From an uncultured Chloroflexia bacterium (GTDB lineage: Bacteria; Chloroflexota; Chloroflexia; Thermomicrobiales; UBA6265), in the NCBI GenBank assembly GCA_963724295.1, contig CAVRUC010000007.1:320001-384000 (forward strand): a DNA stretch of 64,000 bases, in the 5' to 3' direction. Positions 32,798 to 43,231 of the stretch are shown piece after piece (position 1 is the stretch's first letter; the number at the start of each line of letters is the position of its first letter). The translations under genes and the position numbers were made by a program. The notes beneath the pieces were generated by a model. The model was given only the letters and a program-made list of their open reading frames with translations, had not been told where the DNA came from and searched no databases.

Positions 32798-34414
32798 ATG
32801 CAATACAGCTTGATCAATCGACGGAATCTTTTGAAGGCGGCCACCGGCGCGGCGGCACTGTTGTATGCGTGGGGTATTCCGGGCAAGTCATATCAGCGAG
32901 CGTTCGCTCGCGACGTCGTTACAGAGATTCTCGAAATCCCAGGTCACGGCGCGGAGCCAACTGAGGCCGACTTGGAGCGCGTCGGAGATTTATGTTTGCG
33001 ATCAACGAAGCGGAGCGCTTTTGCAGGTCAAACGGTGACGTTCATCGGACTGAACAACGCGGGCTATCACAATAATATCTTTCGGCCCCTGTCCCGAGCC
33101 TGGGAAGAGTTCACCGGCGCAACAATCCAGTGGGTCGACGTTCCCCAGGAGGAGATGTTCTCCAGGGTGCAGCAGGGTGTAGCCACCGGGGAGATCGAGT
33201 TCGACGTTATGGAAGGGGCTGCACCCTGGGAGGGCGATATTCTCGGTCGCGGTCTTGGGAGCTCCATGCCGGACTGGGTCAAAGAGCAGATTGAACTCAG
33301 CGACTACGTCAAGCTATTGCAGCCTCCAGTCGGCACTTGGGGGGATGCGACCTATCGCATCTCGATTGACGGTGACTGCCACAACTTCAACTTCCGCAGC
33401 GATGTGTTTTCCAGCCCTGAACTGACTGAAGAATGGTCTGCCTCCGGCGGCGAAGGCGACTGGGAAGTTCCTATGAGTTGGCAACAGGTGCAAGCCCAGA
33501 CCAAGTTCCTGAGCGGCAAACAGTTTGACGGCAACGACATCTTCGGTTACCTGGACGCGGTGAAGCCGACCGGCGGCTTCAGCTGGTATTTCTTTGCAAG
33601 CCGTGCCTCAGCGTACGCGAAACATCCGGAAAGCCCCGCTTGGCTGTTCGATCCCAGGACCATGAGGCCCTACGTCGACAATCCCGCGTTCGCACGGGCC
33701 TTGCAAGATATCGTTGATGCGATCAGCGCAGAGCCAACTGACCAGATCAGCGCGGATTACGTGACCACTCTCGGTCAATTCCTCGGTGGCATCGGGGCGA
33801 TGACCGCTTGGTGGGGCGATGTTGGCAAGAGTCCTCAGACCAGTTTTCCACCTGTGTCTCGCGAAAAGATGAGCTTTTCCATCCTGCCTGGCTCACCCGA
33901 TGTCTACAGCAATCAGCGCGGAGTGTGGGATAGAGTCGGCGCGCATCGCCTCAACTTCGCCCCGAACGACGCCTTCATCGGCTGGGGGCTCTACGTCATG
34001 CATTCGGCCGATGAGCGGGGCGTCACCGAGGCTGCGTGGGATCTTGCAGCGCACCTCGGTGGTAAAGATCTTTCGATGTGGCTGGCCATCTACCCATCGG
34101 GGTTTCAACCGTACCGTAATAGCCACTTCGATGTACGCTACTGGGTGAACGCCGGCTACCCGCGCGAGTTTGCCGAGCCCTACCTTGCCTCACTGTCCGC
34201 TTCCTTCAACCACCCGAATCGAGCGGTCGAGCCTCGGATACCGGCTATCTTCGACTATTACATCGCAGCTGAAGATGAAGTGGCACTGGCTGTTGCTGGC
34301 GAAAAGACCGCGCAGGATGCTATGAGCTCTGCCGCAGCCAGGTGGGACGAGATTACTGACCGCAACGGCCGCCAAAGCCAGATCGCCTTATACCAAGCCG
34401 CGCTGGGCCTGTAG
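32798..34414 (+). CDS. carbohydrate ABC transporter substrate-binding protein, Tat signal (copy 2, paralog of 28781-30421)
   Basis: NRRNLLK signal; shares many blocks with copy 1 (PGKSYQRA, GLNNAG, PWEGDILGRGL, WYFFASRASAYAKHP, LAAHLGGKDL). Confidence 0.88.
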   Translation: MQYSLINRRNLLKAATGAAALLYAWGIPGKSYQRAFARDVVTEILEIPGHGAEPTEADLERVGDLCLRSTKRSAFAGQTVTFIGLNNAGYHNNIFRPLSRAWEEFTGATIQWVDVPQEEMFSRVQQGVATGEIEFDVMEGAAPWEGDILGRGLGSSMPDWVKEQIELSDYVKLLQPPVGTWGDATYRISIDGDCHNFNFRSDVFSSPELTEEWSASGGEGDWEVPMSWQQVQAQTKFLSGKQFDGNDIFGYLDAVKPTGGFSWYFFASRASAYAKHPESPAWLFDPRTMRPYVDNPAFARALQDIVDAISAEPTDQISADYVTTLGQFLGGIGAMTAWWGDVGKSPQTSFPPVSREKMSFSILPGSPDVYSNQRGVWDRVGAHRLNFAPNDAFIGWGLYVMHSADERGVTEAAWDLAAHLGGKDLSMWLAIYPSGFQPYRNSHFDVRYWVNAGYPREFAEPYLASLSASFNHPNRAVEPRIPAIFDYYIAAEDEVALAVAGEKTAQDAMSSAAARWDEITDRNGRQSQIALYQAALGL

Positions 34415-34627
34415 ATCATGCGAATCAGGTCCTCGTTGCTTCCGCCTCGGCTATCGTTTGTCATACGAGGTCAGGATGGTGCCTCTGGAATTGCAATCCC
34501 GGCAACAGCTTTAGACACCATCATCAGCAGCTTTCTGAGGCGAGACATCGTCAAGGAGCTGACCGCGGGCTTGGTGGAGTAGTTCAAATAAAGAGACTCG
34601 GTGCATCGTCGAATACGAGGAAAGCGC

Positions 34628-34828
34628 ATGACCGACAAGATCAAGCGAGCGGGACTTGGAAAGGTGATCTACTCCGTCGACGACAAGACGGAGGAGCCGA
34701 CCCAGCGCGAAGAGAAAGCGGAGCAGGCCGAAGTTCAGGAGGCAGTCGAGGAATCATTTCCCGCGAGCGATCCGCCGGGCTTCGCGGGAGGCACCTGCAC
34801 AGATCAGGAAAAGAACGCTTCTCAATAG
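34628..34828 (+). CDS. small acidic hypothetical protein with ESFPASDPP motif
   Basis: 66 aa ORF, GAGG RBS; the ESFPASDPP motif recurs in small bacterial hypothetical proteins. Confidence 0.7.
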   Translation: MTDKIKRAGLGKVIYSVDDKTEEPTQREEKAEQAEVQEAVEESFPASDPPGFAGGTCTDQEKNASQ

Positions 34829-34832
34829 AGCT

Positions 34833-36640
34833 TCAGTCTTCTTGAGAGGCGCGCCACAGTTCCCAGGTGCGAGCGGTCTGCCAGGCCATGTCCGGCACGA
34901 ATCCCTCGATCCCGGGAGCGATGAGCACCAGATCTTGGGGAAACCCGAGCCAGAGTCCGAAGAGATCCTCGTCGACCACGCGCTGCAGCCTTCTCAGGGC
35001 CGCCGCCTGTCGCTCGACGGAGACGGCGCCGAGGAACTCCTCGATCGCTTCATCCGCGTCAGCGTTCGCGTAACCTCCCGGATTCCAGCCCGCCGGGTTG
35101 GTCCGAATGTCCCACGCCGACCCATAGAGATCGAAATCGGTGAATCCCGGAAGCTGGTCGTAGGCGTACGCGATGAGGTCGTAGTCCCGGCGCGTGATCC
35201 AGCGCTCATCGAATGCGTCGGGCGGCAGGACTTCGATCGAGAGGATCATGCCGACCGACGCTAGGTCCCGGGCGACCCGGGCCATCACCGCCGCCAACTC
35301 GGGCCGGCTATCCTCGCGGAGGATCGCGACCGGGCGCAGCTGGCGGCCATTGACGTCTTCGCGCACGCCATCTCCATCGTAATCAATCCAGCCGGACTCG
35401 GTGAGCAATACCGAGGCCGCCTCCGGACTGTATGCCGGACGTTGTCAGTTCGTCGTCATGGGCCCAGGGCTGGGCGACGGTGCCGGCGGCCTGCCATCGC
35501 GTGAACCCACCGAAGACCTCTTCCGCATACCGTTCTCTGTTGATCGCCAGCGACGCGGCCTGCCTCACGCGAAGGTCTGTCCAGAGGCTGCCATCCGGCT
35601 GGTTTGGATTCGCGAAGTTGAACGCGGCGAACATCACCGATGCGGCTGGCACAGGATGGAGCGTTCCGGAAGCGTCGCTCAATTCCCGCAGCTGGGGCAG
35701 GCGCACCGGCCAGATGACCTGCGATTCCCCATCTTGCCAGGCTTCCAACCTGGCGCGCGGTCCGTCCATCGCGGCAATCTCGAGCTGATCGAGCCAGGGT
35801 CCTCTGCCCCAATAGCGGTCGAACCGGGTGAACGTGACCTGGGTCGCATCCCATTCAGCAACGTGCCAGGGTCCCGTGCCGACCGGTAGGGTGCGCTGAC
35901 CAGTCGAAACCCGACAGTGACCGTCCCGATGCAGGCAGTCCCTGCCAGAACTCGCCGTACTGCTCTCGGGAGACGATTGGCAGGGTCGCGACATTGAAGA
36001 GCCAGTTTGGGTCGCGAGCAGTGAACCGAACGCGAAGCTCGCGGTCGGAAATTGCGTCGAGGCTTTCGACCAGGGCGAAGAGTCCGCTGACGATCGAATC
36101 GGTGTCGCTTCTATAGACCTCAAACGTGAATGCGGCATCGGCGGCTGACAGCGGGGACCCGTCGTGCCAAACCACGCCATCGCGCAGCGCGAAGATGAGC
36201 TCGAGCCCCTGCTCCCGCCACTCCCAGCGCCGCGCTAACCACGGAGTCGGCCGCATCGTGGCCGGGTCCGGACGGACGAGCGGCTCCAGGTAGCTGAGAG
36301 GGATCTGCGGGTCTTGCTGAAATGCGCTCGGATTGAAGTTTCCGACGCCTTCGCCCGGTCGAACGAGTCGAAGCGCGCCGCCGGGCGCCGGCGTCCCGGC
36401 GACGGGCGCGGCATCGCTCGCCAGCGTGATGCCCTCTGGCAAGGTGATCCCGGACTGGGTTTCGACCGCCTCGCCGGCGCTGGGTGTAGCCGGCTGCGTC
36501 TGGGCGAGTGCTGTCCGCTTTCTGGCCCCAACGTTCGCGGCGAGCCAGGTGCCCAGTGCCGCGCGAATCACCGCTCGCCGCGGCACGGCCGCCACTCGAG
36601 CTGGATAGTCGGCCCTCTGCTCACCTTGCTCCAACGGCAT
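34833..36640 (-). CDS. peptide/nickel ABC transporter substrate-binding protein (family 5), split by two +1 frameshifts near 35894 and 35439
   Basis: Tat-like RRAVIR; LRDGVVWHDGSPLSAADAAFT; PVGTGPW; DLRVRQAASLAINRE; GWIDYDGDGVRE, spread over three consecutive frames. Confidence 0.82.
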
Positions 36641-36850
36641 GTCGACAGATGCCTCCGTTACTTAGCCTGAACGTCGCGAATTCGTTGTCCACCAGCTGGC
36701 ACTGATGACCCGGGAGGATCAGCAAAACCGCGTCGAGCCAAGCCTACCAAAGGCGTTTCAGTGAGAAGCGAATAGGGCACCTCAGCCGGTACGCCCGCTG
36801 TCGCTTCGGGCTAGCGCGGGTAGCCCCGCTGTTTGGCGTGCCTGGCACGT

Positions 36851-37573
36851 CTACGTCGCGGCGCCAAGGAGCCGAGGCAGTTCTGCGAGCGTGCTAATCT
36901 GACGGCTCGGCGGTGGACCGGGCTCGGTCCACGGTCGCTGATGCCGATTCACCCAGACCGTTGGAATGCCGGCCGCTTGGGCCCCCGCTATGTCGAACTC
37001 AGCCGAATCACCGACGAAGACCGCCTCCTCGGGTCCGACCCCGGCCAGTCGCAGCGCCTCACGAAAAATCTGGGGGTCGGGCTTTGCCACGCCGAATTCT
37101 TCGGAGACAAGGACGAAGTCAACCAGGCGGTCGATCCCGAGTAATTCCAGTTTCGCGTGCTGCACCTCTGTTGGTCCGTTGGTCACGATCCCGATCGGGC
37201 GAGCGGCCCTGGCGTCGGCGGCTGACACGGCGCTCCGCACTGTCGCGAACACCGCTTCAGTCTCTGGAAACAGGCGTAAGCCGTGAAAACGGTTCTTGCG
37301 ATACCAGTCGGCCGCGGCCGCCGCCACCTCGGCATCGGCGATCCCGAATCGAGCAAACAACTCTGCGAAGTGATCAGCGCCGTGCGGGTGCATCTGAATC
37401 GATTCCGCAATCATGCGGTCGAGGTCGATTTCACCACCTGGCTGGATGCCACATGGTGAGAGCGTGAAAGCACGCCGCAATCGTGTCTCACGGGCCGCGG
37501 CGTAGTCACAGAGGGTGTCGTCGAGATCGAAGATTACGGCCTTCGGTCTGGGATCAAGTGGCCGCGGCGCCAT
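36851..37573 (-). CDS. HAD-superfamily hydrolase (YjjG/YfnB-like)
   Basis: FDLDDTL, IVTNG, KPDPQIF, FVGDSAEFDIAGA. Confidence 0.9.
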   Translation of the reverse strand: MAPRPLDPRPKAVIFDLDDTLCDYAAARETRLRRAFTLSPCGIQPGGEIDLDRMIAESIQMHPHGADHFAELFARFGIADAEVAAAAADWYRKNRFHGLRLFPETEAVFATVRSAVSAADARAARPIGIVTNGPTEVQHAKLELLGIDRLVDFVLVSEEFGVAKPDPQIFREALRLAGVGPEEAVFVGDSAEFDIAGAQAAGIPTVWVNRHQRPWTEPGPPPSRQISTLAELPRLLGAAT

Positions 37574-39855
37574 CAGATCCGACGGGGTTGTTCGCCGCGG
37601 AAGGGTTCGACTCTCGCACCTGGAGGCGTTCACGCGCGCCGTCGACGCCCTCAGCAACCAGCTGCGCCAGGTGGAACACTTCGAGTCGCCGGCCCTGGGC
37701 GTCGCTGCCACCGCGAAGCTGCATGATGCATCCCTGGTTATCCGTCACGATCTCCAGCGCACCGGTAGCTTCGGCGTCGTCGAGCTTCCGATCCATCAGC
37801 CGCTCACTGATCTCGCGGGTAGTCAAATGAAAAGCTTCCCCCAAAGCCACAGCAGATTCTCGGTTCGGCAAGATCTCGCACGTCGTGCCCAAGCACGTCA
37901 CCGAGGATTCGTCTTGGGGCTGCGCTGACTCCGAGCGCGTTCAGGCCCTGGCAAGAATCGTGGTACGCCACTACTCGCCGCTTCACGTGGGCAAGACTCC
38001 CTCCGGGCAGATCGGCGATTGAATCGACGAATGACGTAAAGTCGATCACTTTTTGCGCGATTGACTCTGCCCGCGCAAGCCAGACCGGATCATCGCGGAA
38101 CAGATGGAGGTAGTCCTGACTGAGAGTAGCGACACAGCTCGCGCTGCCTGAAACGATAAAATCGACGTCGCAGCGTTCCAATGCCCCGATGGTTTGCCGC
38201 GCCATCCATTTTCCGTGCCTGGCGTCACCTGAGTTGAGCGCGGGAAGCCCACAGCAATGCAGCCCCGCGGGGTAGAGGACGCTCACCCCGAGTCCTCTCA
38301 GCGCCCGCACGATGGCCTGACCCTGTTCGGGATAGAGGTTATCGGTCATGCACCCCGGAAAGAGTGCTACCCGGTAGCCAGCCGCGCCGTTGGCAACGAC
38401 CGGGCGTTCCGCCGCCAGGAGCTCCCCCCGCGGTACCCGTGACCGCAACGGCGGATCCGCCAGGACCGGCAATGACCGCCATCGCGTTTGGCCGCGTACA
38501 ACAGGGAGTCTCCTCGTCCGCAACAGGCGAGCGTCACGAACCACTGGCCGTTGCAGTCGGCGAGCGACCTTCAACGCCAGATCGGAGCTCTTTGGTCGGG
38601 CGTAAAGGGCCAGAATCGTTCGTTTGGGTTCCTTGATCCCGAATTCCCGCACAACCATCGACCGCACGTCGAGAATTTGCCGCGGCAACGGAATCCCCGC
38701 CGGACAGACGGTTTCGCAGGCGTTACAGGAGAGACACAGGCTCTGCGGGCCGGCCGCGGCCTCCAGCCCGTGGTGAAAACCGGTCACCACCAGACCAATT
38801 GCGCCGGTGTAGATGTAACCGAACGCGTGGCCTCCGACCTCCCGATACGGAGGACAGACATTCGCGCACGCCGCACAGCGGATGCAGTGCAGCGCTTCCG
38901 TGAACTCGGGCATGGACGCCATCGTGCGCCGGCCGTTATCGACCAGCACGATGTGCATCTCGTGACCCGGAGTCGGGCCGCTGATGAACGTGGTGTAGCT
39001 CGTAATCCGCTGCGCGGTACCGGACCGCGCCAGGAGCCGGAGCTGCGTAACCGCGTCGTCGAAGCTCGGGATCAGCTTTTCGATTCCCGCGAGGACGACG
39101 TGAACTGGCGGAACGGAGGCGCATAGGCGACCATTGCCTTCGTTGGTCACCATCATCACGGTTCCGGACTCGGCGATCAGCGCGTTGGCGCCGGTGATAC
39201 CCATCCCCGCCGCGAAGAACGCGTCACGGATTTCGTTGCGCGCCGTCCCCACCTGGGCCGCAATGTCCTCCCCGGATACCTCGTGTCCCAACGCCGTCGA
39301 CATGTCCGCGCCAATTTCCTGCCGGGAGAGGTGGACGGCGGGCATCACCATGTGGCTCGGTCGCTCGTGGCGGAGCTGGACGATCCACTCGCCGAGATCG
39401 GTCTCCACCACGCGGTAGCCAGCATCCTCGGCAACATGGTTGAACCCGATCTCCTCACTCACCATCGACTTCGACTTGGCGATGAGTGAGACGTCGTGGC
39501 GCCGCCCGATGTCCAGGATGACGCGATTGGCGGCAGCCGCATCGCTGGCAAGGTGAACGGTCGCACCGGCCCCCTCCGCCGCCGCGCGGAACGCTTCGAG
39601 ATATCTGTCCAGATCGGCTGTGACCGCGCTCTTCGCTCGTTTCAACCGCGCCTGCAGCGTCGGGAAATCGATCTCGCCCGCCGCGTTGTCGCGTGCCGAC
39701 CGCCAGCCTTGCTGGAACGCGGTCAGGTTGTCCGGCAATCGAGGATTTTCGAGCGCGCTGCGCAGACGCACATCGAATCTGTCAGCATGGTCGGTCGGAT
39801 AGGAAATGCGCCCGTCGCCCTGCGGCCGGCTGATGGCGACCTCTTGGTTAGTCAT
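37554..39855 (-). CDS. LUD-domain Fe-S protein, LutB fused to CCG-domain LutA-like module; +1 frameshift near 37815
   Basis: KSKSMVSEEI, ETDLGEWIVQL, TNEGNGRL, CIRCAACANVCP, CCGLP and CCGFGGSFS. After the shift the frame continues EISERLMDRKL..GCIMQL..HLAQL. Confidence 0.85.
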
Positions 39856-39917
39856 GACGCTGAAACGGGACGCGGTGCGCAGCCTCAACCTTCGGCGACG
39901 TTCGACTGGACGTGGAA

Positions 39918-40340
39918 CTATGAGACACCGTCGCTCCAGAACTGCTCGCGAAATTCGCTCGAGTCGTAATAGCCGACGATACTGGTGATCTTGCCCGCGT
40001 TACTGCGTACGATCGCCACTTGCTCGGAGAGCAGCTCACGACCGAGGTGGGAAGCGAATTCTCGCAGCGTGAACTGCACCGCGGCCCGTTCGCCGTCGGA
40101 CACCACGTCCGTGACCTCCCAGCGCGCGGTCGGATAGGAGCTCACGACGGTGCCAAAATAGGCGACGATCTCATCGGCCGGTCGGATCAGCTCACGGTGC
40201 GGAAGCGCCCGGAACGAGGCGTGGTTCGCCAGCGTCGCGCGCAATCGGCGCGGATCGCGAGCATCGATTGCGGCGAAGAACTCGCGCCCCAGTTCCTCCG
40301 CCGTGGCCATCCCGGCGTCCGCGGCACTGTCTCGTTCCAT
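39918..40340 (-). CDS. nuclear transport factor 2 / SnoaL-like protein
   Basis: 140 aa, FFAAID..D, GKITSIVGYYD C-terminal pattern. Confidence 0.75.
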   Translation of the reverse strand: MERDSAADAGMATAEELGREFFAAIDARDPRRLRATLANHASFRALPHRELIRPADEIVAYFGTVVSSYPTARWEVTDVVSDGERAAVQFTLREFASHLGRELLSEQVAIVRSNAGKITSIVGYYDSSEFREQFWSDGVS

Positions 40341-40396
40341 GCCTCGCCTATCCGCTCGCGTCCGGGACGCGCGCCCTGGCCGGCTTCCTGACATAC

Positions 40397-41011
40397 CTAC
40401 TCACGCGACACCGACGCCAGGAATGGCTCCTCGATATGCGTGAAGTCGACCTGAGATACGGTGGCGATGCCCTCCCGCGCTCCACTCCGGCTCAAGGCGC
40501 GGTCGATGCGCTGCAGCATTTCCCGGTCATGGCCGGCCAGGAACTCCGCTAGCTGGCGGATTGTCCAGTTTCGCTGCGTGCGGCTGTAGCCGCCCCGCTC
40601 CCAGGCGGTGTCGGGCAGTGCCCGCAGCAGTGCCGTCGAACTCTCACGCACCCGTCGGAACTCCGACAGGATGACCAGGGGGTGAGCGGAGCGATCGACC
40701 GCGGTTTGCGCCGGCGAAGGATCGACACGAGGGATCCGGTCGAGATCCGGGTCTCTCTCGTTTGCGATGGCGTTCATGAATCCGTAGGCACGCGTTTCGG
40801 TATCCCGCAACCGGATCAGGAGCTCTTTGACCGACGGCTCCGATCGACGCGCCGAGAACTCCAGGGCAGTCGGGTCATGGATTGGGGTCAGCCAGCGCGA
40901 CAGGTGGTTGACTGTCTGGAGGAGCCGGATGATCAAGGCATCGTTGGAAAGCTCCCGAATTGACGACCCGGCGGATTCCGTCACCTCTTCTTCGACTGCA
41001 GTCCTGTTCAT
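40397..41011 (-). CDS. DinB/YfiT-like superfamily protein
   Basis: SVKELL.RLRDTE, F..VRE....LL..LP...W.R.G, T.......GHD pattern. Confidence 0.7.
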   Translation of the reverse strand: MNRTAVEEEVTESAGSSIRELSNDALIIRLLQTVNHLSRWLTPIHDPTALEFSARRSEPSVKELLIRLRDTETRAYGFMNAIANERDPDLDRIPRVDPSPAQTAVDRSAHPLVILSEFRRVRESSTALLRALPDTAWERGGYSRTQRNWTIRQLAEFLAGHDREMLQRIDRALSRSGAREGIATVSQVDFTHIEEPFLASVSRE

Positions 41012-41093
41012 TTCGACCCTTTCCCCGCATTCTGGGGCGCGCGCTTGACCATGGCCATCGCGCGTTCACAACTCCGGTTGCGCACTCACAGAT

Positions 41094-41525
41094 TCAACAT
41101 GGGCACCTAATGGGGACCTCTGCGGAGCGGACCGCGACACCGTGACCATCGAAGTCAAGACTCCAGGCTCGTAGCTCGACGACCGGCGACATTCCCACGA
41201 TCAGGCTCAATACACCTGGCAACTTCGCTTCGACCAGGTCGGTCCGCGAGGGAACCGGCGGCGTATTCGGATGAGAGTGGACAATCGCCCCGAGCCGTAT
41301 CTCTCTACGCTTCATGTCAGCCAGGGCCGGCATCACGTCGGTGGGGTCCATTGTATATCGCCGAGGCGATGAATCCATATTCTGGCCGGGGTAGAAACGA
41401 ACCGCGATCAGGGATGAGCCGATCCTGCTGGCGGCCAGCAAACCTACGCCTTCGTAAGGTAGGCACCGCCGAAGAAACTCGACGATGCTGTCGCGAAGCT
41501 CGACTGGAAGCGTCAGGGATGTCAC
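41094..41525 (-). CDS. JAB/JAMM (M67) metalloprotease, Mec-like
   Basis: P.EGVGLL catalytic Glu and HSHPNTPPVPSRTD JAMM motif; start uncertain (alternative ATG 41603). Confidence 0.87.
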   Translation of the reverse strand: MTSLTLPVELRDSIVEFLRRCLPYEGVGLLAASRIGSSLIAVRFYPGQNMDSSPRRYTMDPTDVMPALADMKRREIRLGAIVHSHPNTPPVPSRTDLVEAKLPGVLSLIVGMSPVVELRAWSLDFDGHGVAVRSAEVPIRCPC

Positions 41526-41592
41526 AGGGGTGTCTTCGTACACCAGACTACGAGAGCCGAAATGGCCGCGGTAGTTTGCGCTGCCGGCTAGT

Positions 41593-43101
41593 CTATGGTT
41601 CATCGGGGAGGACTTGAAGCAGTTCCGATGCCCGAAGCGCCAGGTGCAGGGTAAGCCACAACCGCGGATCACTCACATCGCGCCCGATCAGCTCGCCAAT
41701 CCTTCGTAATCGGTAGGCAAGCGTATTGCGGTGGATACCGAGCCGACTCGAGGCATCGGCGTGTGAGCCTCCAGTTTCGAGGTAGGCACGTAGAGTGTCG
41801 CGAAGGGTTCCCCTTTTGTCGCGACGTTCGAGCGCCCCCAGGGCTTCCGACACGAACGTGCGGAGCTCGCTCGTCTCCCGTAGCGGATACAGCAATTTGA
41901 ACGCACCGATGTCATCGATCGAGTCGAACGAGGCGGCTCGGAGCGGGAACCGCGGCTCAGTCTGGAGTCTCGCGATAAACCCCGCCTCTCTCGTCGCAGC
42001 CGAAAGCCCGACGACGCCTGAGACTGGCGCCGAGATGGCAAGAGTTGCCGTAGTCCCGTGCGTTTCGGCGAGCCAGCGCCGCTTTGCGTCGGCAACCCTG
42101 CTGCCCATGGTATCGGAACCGGTACGACCGCTGGCGGCAACGAGCAACGTCCGCCGTCCGTTGACCTCACCCGCCGCGTGGACCGTTCCGAGCGGCCCCA
42201 GCGCATTCGCCATCGCCGCATCACTGTCGCCAGTACAGACGGCGACAAGAAACGTCGCGTCGGGATCGATGCCAAGCGCGAGTGCCGCCGCCCGTTGCTC
42301 AGCCGGGCTTCCCGAATGACCGGCTAGTAGCGCTTCTACAGCCTCGACTCGACGTGCTCCCCGAGGTCGTGCCGCATCATCTTGGCGGGCGGCGATCGTC
42401 ACAGCAGCGACAATCCGATCGACCAGGAAGCGTCCAATCACGCGCTGTTCCGGGCGCAGCGGTCCCAGAATCACTGTCAACCCGGATGGCAGCGCTCGCT
42501 CGACCTGGATGTCATCAGCCGGGTGGGAAGCATGATCTGCGACGACGTGATCCTGGGGCGAAGCGGCCAGCGGACGCCCCTGGGTATCGATGACCCGAAC
42601 GGGCAGGCCCGATAGATCGGACGTGGTTTGAACTAGTGCCCTCAAACCTGAGCGACTGGCGCCCAGATCCGTCATCTTCCGCTCGAGCTCACTGCCAACA
42701 CGGTAGAGATTGCCACGGCACTCAGTCAGCAGCCGATTGATCCCTGTCTCGGTGTCCGGAGTGAGATCGCCATCCCAGCGGAGCAATGCAACGCCGTCCA
42801 TGGAATCGGCCTTGGGAACGCCCGGTCCACCTCGTTCGACAACCACGGCAACCACTTCTCGGAGCTTGGCTTCTCTCAAGAGCGCCGGCAATTCTCCGCC
42901 GACGACAGCGATCACTCGCGGCGGGATGAGCACGACTTCGCCACCACGGAGCTGGGGCAGATGGGGCGCCGTCGAACGGGCGGAAACGACCCAGGAAACG
43001 ACACCACTCCCGCTTGCCGCCATGTCGGGCGCTTCGCGGTCCTCTGCAGCCGATGACAGTCGAGGCTCGAGCACAATCAGATCGTCAAGCGTGATTTCCA
43101 T
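41593..43101 (-). CDS. PucR family transcriptional regulator
   Basis: N-terminal VSWV..LRGGEVVL PucR sensor; C-terminal LRDTLRAYL..LGIHRNTLAYRLRRI HTH. Confidence 0.88.
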   Translation of the reverse strand: MEITLDDLIVLEPRLSSAAEDREAPDMAASGSGVVSWVVSARSTAPHLPQLRGGEVVLIPPRVIAVVGGELPALLREAKLREVVAVVVERGGPGVPKADSMDGVALLRWDGDLTPDTETGINRLLTECRGNLYRVGSELERKMTDLGASRSGLRALVQTTSDLSGLPVRVIDTQGRPLAASPQDHVVADHASHPADDIQVERALPSGLTVILGPLRPEQRVIGRFLVDRIVAAVTIAARQDDAARPRGARRVEAVEALLAGHSGSPAEQRAAALALGIDPDATFLVAVCTGDSDAAMANALGPLGTVHAAGEVNGRRTLLVAASGRTGSDTMGSRVADAKRRWLAETHGTTATLAISAPVSGVVGLSAATREAGFIARLQTEPRFPLRAASFDSIDDIGAFKLLYPLRETSELRTFVSEALGALERRDKRGTLRDTLRAYLETGGSHADASSRLGIHRNTLAYRLRRIGELIGRDVSDPRLWLTLHLALRASELLQVLPDEP

Positions 43102-43231
43102 GCTGGACCGCGATTCCTTCGCCTCGCTTGTTCGTCCGGTGTGCCGGCCTGAGGCGTGCCCGCTTGCCTCGCACCATCCACTGCGACGAATAATACGGAA
43201 ATCGGACAATGTTCCAGGTAAGGTCGACTCC

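Noticed and set aside
34415..34627. Possible IS remnant or ncRNA at the end of the sugar ABC cluster
   Set aside because: No terminal inverted repeats, transposase fragment or stable structure could be supported.
41094..41525. JAB protein as part of a CBASS or other ubiquitin-like antiphage system
   Set aside because: There is no CD-NTase, E1/E2 or effector gene nearby; the sequence fits the Mec-like sulfur-carrier type.
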